Shown here in pieces: positions 55,929 to 64,000 of a stretch of DNA of 64,000 nucleotides. Source of the stretch: Sphaeroforma arctica JP610 (taxonomy: Eukaryota); NCBI RefSeq assembly GCF_001186125.1, contig NW_014040109.1, positions 1 through 64,000 on the forward strand. Reading direction: 5' to 3'. Made by a program: the position numbers and the translations under genes. The first letter of the stretch is position 1; every line of letters starts with the position of its first letter. The notes under the pieces are model-generated. The model was not told the origin of the DNA and searched no databases. It saw only the letters and a list, made by a program, of their open reading frames with translations.

Positions 55929-58900
55929 ATGGCTGTCGCAACGAATGGTGAGCCCCAACAGGGAATGGAGGTGCGAAAAGTCCTGATTAGTGATCCCATC
56001 AACCCGCTGTGCGTTAAGATCCTCAACGATGCAGGTATCGAGGTGGATGCGAGGGACAAAGTGCCCATGGACGAGCTGGTCAAGATCATCTCTGTAAGTT
56101 ACCTGGCAAGGCTTGTGCTCTAGAGTTATATTCTCTTATACTCCAGCACTGACGAGAGAAAGGAATCGTAGAAGCTAATTTGTACGTTTGATGACCTTTT
56201 ATCGATATATGAATTTGAGCGCTATCTTTCCAAGTTGCTTCATCGTATGCATCAGACTACCTTTGATTGCTGTGCAAGTACACAGTATAGTGATATATCA
56301 CAGGGGAGTTTGGGATATTACACCATCAGTCTAAATGTCCGCAGTTGATGCATTCACTTAGCACAAATGTAGTCTTTAATTGGACAGCTGTCATGGACGT
56401 GGCTAAATGTACGAGTTACATGACAACAAAACATGCACCTTTTTTCCTAGCAACTGCCCTAGAGATAATGTTTATTTTCGTTGTAACAGTGTGTTAAATT
56501 TTCTAATCTGAATTGCATCATATATATATATATATATACTATCTGTGCTACAGGATTACGATGCGCTTATTGTGCGTTCAGGTACCACCGTCACCGCTGA
56601 GGTACTTGCAGCTGGAAATCTCAAGATTGTAGGTCGTGCCGGAACAGGAGTTGACAACATCGATCTTGATGCGGCAACCAAAGCTGGCACAATTGTTCTA
56701 AAGTGAGTCCTTAGTACACATGTGTCTTAGCCCTATGTGCGTCTTAATTTTCTGCGAGTTCTGATTTCGGCATAGTTCCTCTAAAGTGAGATCTAAAACG
56801 TATGAGTCGTCAATTTTGCGTCGATTAAGGCTGGTAGAATTTGGGGGGTGAGTGCTGAGGGCGTTTGCGTTTCAATTGCAAGCAGTCACTGGTGCTGAAT
56901 GTTTGCAAACGAGTTATGCGTTGATGACTCTTGGGTATTCAATTCATTTTTTACACGTTTTACCCTGGTAGTGCGGGTGCATATCTTTGTATATCTTTGA
57001 CACGCGACCCACTTTGACCTCATACTGCTATCTATACTGGGGTTTAAAGCACCGCATTCGATAATATTTTGTTTCCTTCTTGTCATGCTACTTCCACTAT
57101 CTTTCTGTCAATAGTCAAGCATAAATTTGTAGGAGTTTTTGCTTGTACTATGGCCATCGAGTCTATTGCAAGTATTTTCAGTTTCTTATCTCGAAGACAT
57201 TGTTGTACTCGACTTCCCCTTACTGAAAGCTGATGATATTCACTCGCTTTCTACTCAAATGTACATAGTACCCCCGGTGGCAACACAGTGTCCGCCGCTG
57301 AACACACATGCGCTATGTTGCAGTCTCTGTGCCGATTTATTCCCCAGAGTAACGAAAAGCTCCGCGCTGGAAAGTTCGACCGCAAAGGAGGTATACAAAA
57401 CATAACGGCCCTTGTTGACGAACGAAGCTCGATTTTCAGTCATGCGAATATTCGATACCAATTTTTTATGTGTGCGCTGACCAAATAATTGAGTCAGTTG
57501 CCTACAATCGTTGTCCCATGCTGGATTTTCATCTTTGCCCATCTATACCAACCACGTGCAGGTATGGGTGTGGAACTTCATGGCAAGACCATCGGTATCA
57601 TTGGACTGGGTAGAATCGGTCGTGAAGTGGCGAAACGCATGCAGGCGTTTGATGTAAAGACTATCGGCTACGATCCTATCATGCCCAAAAAGTGAGTCAT
57701 TTACCGTTTCATACTTTACACTGTGCTATTGTTCGGAATTCGGTGCGAACGGAAGTATATACCTACTGAGTGGAACGCGTACAACGGTTGCTGTATAACA
57801 CCCCACACACACACATTTTGCTTGATTCGGACCCAAAAAATATCAGCGGTTCCATTTAAATTTGGAACTCGAGTGAAATAGGAGTTTGGCTGTGCACAAG
57901 GTCTTATCATGTATGTTGTACTTGATCTCTCACTATAGCGTTGCCGCAAAGTTCAACATTGAGGCTATGGATTTGGACGCCGTTTTCGCCCAGTCCGATT
58001 TCCTTACGATTCACACGCCGCTGACGCCACAAACCAAGGGTCTTCTGGGTGAGGATGCTTTCAAGAAATGCAAGAAGGGCTTCCGAGTGGTTAACTGTGC
58101 CCGTGGTGGAATCATCGATGAAGAAGCACTTCTCATGTAGGTTTCATCGCTTTTATTTGTACTCTCTTATGGGTATGGCGAAATGGCAAGCATGTCGAAG
58201 CCAAGACTGAGCTATTAGTACCCGTGGTTTTTTCGATGCGCTATCAAGAATTAGCATACTTGACTAGCTCATACATGTGTAGCAACAAAGCTCAACTCAA
58301 TGGTAGTCGTAGCTATGTTCGTTGCGATTACACTTCCTTACGGCCGAGCAATTCAATTGTACAATTCTATGCAGTGCTCTGAACGATGGCGTGTGTGCTG
58401 GAGCAGCCCTGGATGTGTTCCAAGAGGAGCCTCCCATGGACAGTCCCATCTCATCCAAGTTAATCGCCCACCCCTTAGTCATTGCCACACCCCATCTTGG
58501 TGCGTCTACTAAGGATGCTCAGGTGAAGGTGGCCGTCGAGATCGCCGGTATGTAACGAAAACTTATAGCATATGTTGTATATGTGCATTGGCATGCTAAT
58601 CTGATTTTTTGTACTATCACTGCCCTCTAGATCTATTGCTATACCTCAGTTTCGATTATGCCTTGCATCGACCTGCTTCATGCAATCGAATTTTCTCCCA
58701 AACTTGCTTTTCATTCATGTTTCTCTGACAGAATCTATTGTGCGCGCTACGCGTGGTGGTGCGCTGGTGGGAGCCGTCAATGCGCCTAAACTGGTCAACG
58801 CCTTCTCTCCCGAAATCAAGCCATACGTCGCATTGGCCACAAAGATGGGTCTCATTGTCTCACAAGTGCTGGGTGGTGATGCTTTCTTGGCTACAAACTC

Positions 58901-60488
58901 AACAATCCAAAGGTAACGACGAATGTATGAGCTATAGCTTAGTGTTTCTGACTGGCCTTGTCAGCTAGCAATGTACACGGAGGCTTATGTTGTCTCCGTC
59001 CTGCAGTACCTATTTATTTGCACTCCAGAAGGTTGTCTTGTATGTATGTTTGCAAGATGTAGACTGTTTGATGTGGCAAGTACAGTGCGTGCTAGTCAGC
59101 GTGGTCGAGGTTCTCTTTCTAGTTCGCAATATTGTTGGTTCTGCAATATACCTTGTATTGAGGATACTACCGATTAGCTTCTATTAGGCATTAGATTGTT
59201 CGGTCTGACAATAAACTCATCACAACATCCTTGTTTGTGCCCGTTGACCGCTCTCATGAGCAGTATATCACTATTTGCCAAGGGAGATCTAATCAAGGAC
59301 ATGGCCGATGTGCTCAAGAATGCTCTCCTCACTGGTCTCATGTCAAAGCTTAGTGACGATCCTGTCAATCTAATCAATGCTGTAAGTGAAGCCTCTTCAT
59401 ACAGCGTGATCGGTGGTTATTATTGAGCGCGTGCAATACTTGCGTGTATATCGATTTGCACGCACCCGATTTGGTCATATCCAGCACAAATAATTGAGCT
59501 ATTATTTGAAAGTCGGTCGCATCACAAGGTCTTAAAGGATGCTGACATATAATTTATATGAAGTTCCCACCCATTGACGTTAGTTACTTAATTGTTGCCA
59601 TTCCCAGCACCACTACGCCAAGGACTTGGATTTCCAGATAAATGCAACGGGAACTGATAAGATCGATGATTTGCCATACAAGAACGTTCTAAGTGTCAGC
59701 ATTGACTCGGCCGATTCTACACACACCTACGAGGGTGTTGTTGTGGCCGGTGCTCCCCATCTTATCACAGTATGTAGTTTCTGGTTTGGGTTGGTTTGTA
59801 TTTCGTTGTTCCGGCTTTTATATATTTAGCGAGTAAGGAACACGCAAAACATAGTTGCATATAAAACCTTTCATTCGCCGGTAAGCTAGCAAACATACTC
59901 ATCGTATTCTGGATTTGAATAATATTTCGACAGATCAACAATTTCGAAATCGGTGCCAAGCCGAATGGACATGTGCTGTTCTACAGTAACTATAACACGC
60001 CGGGAGTGCTTGGCAAAGTTGCTGGAGTGTGTGGCGCCCATAATTTAAATATTTTCGACTTCAACATGGGAGAAGAGAACAATAAGAAGGTGCACATGAG
60101 GTAAGTGTTTCCGCGCTTACTATTGTCAATTAGTCCACTTTAACATGGCATGTATGCTTCGTTGCAGATTTGCCTTTGCAATATCAAGGTGCACGCTACG
60201 TTCTCGCAGTATTTTTCCCATATAAATTATTGATTAGTATACCGAACCAAATTTATATGTACCGGACAGTAGATATATAATACTCGCCGCACACCTTGAA
60301 AGGCTTCGAGTTCGATGCGTATACAAGCTTACTATAATAGACTCATCGCGTGTTCTATTTTCCCCCTTATATCAATCGTCTCGTCGTGCAGTGTACTAAA
60401 CGTAGAGTCACCGGTCACCCAAGAGGCACTGAAGGACATCCAGGCCATCGATGGTGTACTGGGAGTGAGGTATCTTGACCTCGAGTAG
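55929..60488 (+). CDS. PHGDH: D-3-phosphoglycerate dehydrogenase, type I (catalytic + ASB + ACT), 11 exons
   Basis: Exons 55929-56093, 56554-56702, 57269-57390, 57562-57691, 57939-58136, 58375-58547, 58732-58912, 59264-59381, 59608-59769, 59934-60100, 60392-60488. Motifs [84 protein letters not shown]. Confidence 0.97.
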
Positions 60489-60801
60489 ATAAGTGCTGGT
60501 GGAAAAATTAGTGCAAGTTAATTTCATGTGCTATCAAAATCCACTAAAATAGTATTCAGGAAACACGTAGAACAGTAATTGCTATATTGATATATAAACG
60601 CGTCTTATGATCTGAGTCCGATCCCAGCAAGGGTTTCCATCTTCTTTTTTCCCTTTTGTCGCATCTGAACGTGTTAGAATCCATTGAGTAAGTGGATGGT
60701 GGGTGTGCAGTACGTCACAATCTGATCTAAACTATTGGCTTCACAGATCAAATCAATCAATAGATCAAGTTGGTAAATCTCAATAATCGAAATCTTGAAT
60801 A

Positions 60802-63119
60802 CTACTTTGTGTACATTTTAAGGACCTCGACACCGCCACACATTGCGGTGGCTTCTTCAATAACTGCGATTGGTGGGACGTACTGTCGGTGCGAAACTAA
60901 GCTCTGATATACTTGTATGGTCGTTCCAATAGACCAGTGGATCACTTTTTTTAGGATTTTAATACTATAGCGCGCAACACTGTACGTCAAATTTAGATGG
61001 ATGGCAAGCTACAATGCTATAGCAAACACCATTATAGGGACAAGATATGCAAACACATATGACCCCAGTGCTGGGGATCCCGATATAGCATTCGCCACAA
61101 CATCGCCGGTTGGCGGTTGATCGTCGGCCGGTAGTTTATCAGTTCTGCTCTTATATTGCGGCCTATGGAACAGAATAGATTCAGTTTTAAGTAGTTGTTA
61201 ATATATATATTGTGTGAACCAAGGTGTACTGTCGCACATGAATCGATTTTGTTTGGTGCAAAAGCTGATACACATAGTCAGTACATCTTTGTATCAACAA
61301 ACTCTAAAAACAGCAAGGGAAATCCATATTTTATACTTTCCAGGTGTGAGCTTCTTGTGTGTTTCCCGATTGCTGTGAGTCCTGTTGGGTGAGACCGCAA
61401 TCTAAACACACCACATCGCCAAAGTGTTTATATTCTCCAATAGCGTGGTCGGGAAATGGCAGTGTGTAGATCATAGTATTGGCTGGCGGTAGACTGGTGA
61501 CCCCGTCCCCTTGGTTCATAACCCTAATCTGAATGCACATGTATCCCAATTGTGTGGTCGTGTGGATTGCAGTGGATATAGTAAGAACAACGCTTGTCGT
61601 AATTGTCGATGTGATTCGGCTTAGACAGTCGCTATTGGGTACCTAAATACACTTGACTACAAATCACTCGCAAGTTGATGTGAGAGAGTGAGCGGCAAAC
61701 CTACACGAACAGACGAAGTCCCCAACGGACCACAGAAAGCGGTTCTTATTTCGTTCTAAGAACAATCGATGAAGGATCAGAGCACTGGAGTACCTGAGAA
61801 AAGCGCTGGTGATAGAGTGTTGCATAGTCCCCTTCCAATACTCTGGGACATCCCCACGTGGTCAATTCCGTCACGGCACTCCCATGCAGAACGTAATGGC
61901 GAACAGCCCCCAGCACTGCGCAGCAAATCATACGAGATATACTGAGTTGAATCTTGCGTGTGATCTTGGCGGAATGTCATGGCTAAGTGGGGAAGGCCTA
62001 TGAAACAGGGTATGGCCAGCATTCATTTTGGTTTGCGTGGTTTACATTTCGCAAGTATGTCGTGCTATAACTGCTGAAATTCAGGTGTATGAGATTACAT
62101 GCGTGGAAGAAAGTGTGCGCATCGTAGGGTGTAGGTTGCAAGCTTACAATAAGTACAAGAAACTATGGGACTACCTGCTAGCCCGCCTCCCCGAGAAAAC
62201 CCCGCAAAGCTAATCTTCCGATCCTGTGTAAAACGTTTTACGCTTTCAAAGAGTGATTGAAATTTCACACACAAATTAAAAAAATTGTGCCTCACCTCTC
62301 ACCAGGCTCACACCCACAGAATTGTATTATAGAGCATAGCCTTCTGAAATCAAACATATAGAGGCACTAAAGGAGGACAAGCAGCAAGACGAAATTCGCA
62401 AGCAACTCGAAAGTCTATCAAAATTGCGTTTACCAATGAACCACATTGCTTCAATATTGTTTGATCTACAAACTCTTCCAGTGCTACGAATGCATCAGCA
62501 AAGCCGTGATGGGCTATTCCTAAATAGCGCTTGTCCACGGCAGTGTACACTTTCTTAAGAGAGTAGTCCAAGTTGCCGCCACCGAGAAAGTAGTCACCTG
62601 GCCCATCGCTTCCTCGGAAGAATACATGACAGTCTGTAGACGGATTTATCAATGCCAGTAGTGACATCATTATAGCTTAAACCATCGCGAGACCACTAAG
62701 TATCTCTCTGAAACCGAGAGAAGCATAATACGAGATTTGGTAGGGAGTAGGACTGTAAAAGTACACATAAAATAACTTATATCAGGCTGAATACCTTATT
62801 AAAGGTTATATACATTGAGCAGGCCACGTGCAAATGATATGAAAACTCGCCAAAGGTTGATCTCATAAATTAAACCAATGGATCAAAATAATCGATCAGA
62901 TTAATAACCAATCAAGTATGAGCATTCAATTCGTCGGACACCTTCATCTTTGCTGATTACAGCCCATTCGTCCTTTCCCAGAGTGTCTGTCCACGAGTTG
63001 TTTGATTCCACCGATGAGTAGAGGTTGGTTATATACACAAGCCTTTTGTTGTCGGACAGGTTGAGGGCATTTGCCGCCAAACCGCTTATAACCAGATATG
63101 GTATCGATAGAGCACGCAT
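60802..63119 (-). CDS. Secreted class-3 lipase-like alpha/beta hydrolase (about 6 exons; 3' exon structure tentative)
   Basis: Exons 63119-62942 (signal peptide), 62675-62434 (VFFRGS, HHGFADAF), 62223-62175 (FAGFSRGGGLA), 61915-61794 (TWGCPRV), 61528-61337 (RVMNQGDGVTSLP, YKHFG), and about 61008-60802 (SHRQY, stop). Confidence 0.8.
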
Positions 63120-64000
63120 TTTTCAATCGACGACTGATGTTAGTGTATGTATGAGTTGTGACCAAGAATTATAGTGTATATCTGCGCGCTAAGATTGAGA
63201 ATAGTATTCTTGAGCGTAGCTGTGTATACTAGAGCTGGATAGTTGTTTGTTTTATAGTTTGATATTCAAGGTGCATGATTTTGCTGCAAGCTAATTTGGG
63301 TGTTTGTTGGGAATAAATTGTATGTAGATTGGCTGGCCGTTGTACACAAGCTTTGAGTCGGGCGCCCATCTGGAACCCTTCAAAATTGAATCTTAAAAAG
63401 AGATAAATTGCAGCCACACTTTTATATGCAGATTCTTGTGAAGGTCCCATATTCAAAAGGACGTATACCAACCTTCCCTTTTGGAAGCCAAGGTTAGACG
63501 CGCACTCAGCCACACTTTAAGAGGCTATTTGTGGAAGCCAACTTACTCTCACACTAGTTCAGAGAATTGACGGTAGCAGTAGAAGTTTCTTAAAAATCAC
63601 TTGTTGGAAGTTACGAGCTACCGCTCGCACCGACAATTTTTCAATGATTAATCCCGTATTTCCTAAATTATTTAAGTGCCCCAACACCGGCACAGAAAAG
63701 CTATTTTTTTTTCACTCGATGTTGAAGGCGTCGTTGTATATAACTCGAACGTAAACTTCGAATGGAACGCCCTTGGCCGTAACGAGACTACGATTGCTTC
63801 TCACTGCCCATCCAACGTGCTACGGTTCTAGCACATAGGTCTGTTCTGCTTCGGTCTCGTCAATCATACGCTGCACGACTGTATCAGAACAAAAAGACTG
63901 AAGTGAGTACAAGAAGTAAATCAAAATCTGTCAAATAGGTAAATTCCTCATTATATTAGGGCTTACGAAAAGAAACGCTATAAAGAAAAAACACAACATA

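Noticed and set aside
62175..62223. Bacterial T6SS Tle1/DUF2235 effector suggested by GFSRG
   Set aside because: The surrounding motifs (FRGS, HxGF, TxGxPRV, RVxNxxD) are Lipase_3-type and the gene has introns.
62676..62710. Lipase pseudogene, suggested by an in-frame TAA upstream of MMSLL
   Set aside because: An AAG acceptor at 62676 gives a phase-consistent join that excludes the stop, and AAG acceptors also occur in TMA7 and PCYOX1.

Overview
Intron-rich eukaryotic genomic DNA with GT-AG introns, three N-gaps flanked by (TA)n and many minisatellites. The style suggests a unicellular opisthokont such as an ichthyosporean, but this is inference only. In order: a decayed Ty3/Gypsy gag-pol (-, runs off the left edge); an orphan ORF with a C-terminal TM helix; a 14-exon prenylcysteine oxidase gene (+); TMA7 (-) head-to-head with RNA Pol I subunit RPA12 (+); a decayed Ty1/Copia pol (INT-like, RT, RNase H) with a tRNA-Val(TAC) gene between its INT-like and RT parts; COG7 (-) head-to-head with MRT4 (+); a probable solo LTR; an 11-exon type I PHGDH (+); and a secreted class-3 lipase (-). 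The most striking signal is that many introns are built from tandem duplications anchored on RNA-processing signals. Young arrays repeat donor sites, branch-point/pyrimidine tracts or AATAAA, and older events survive as 69-80% identical 'ghost' copies of the neighbouring exon. All exon calls and identities were worked out by hand and need RNA-seq or alignment confirmation.
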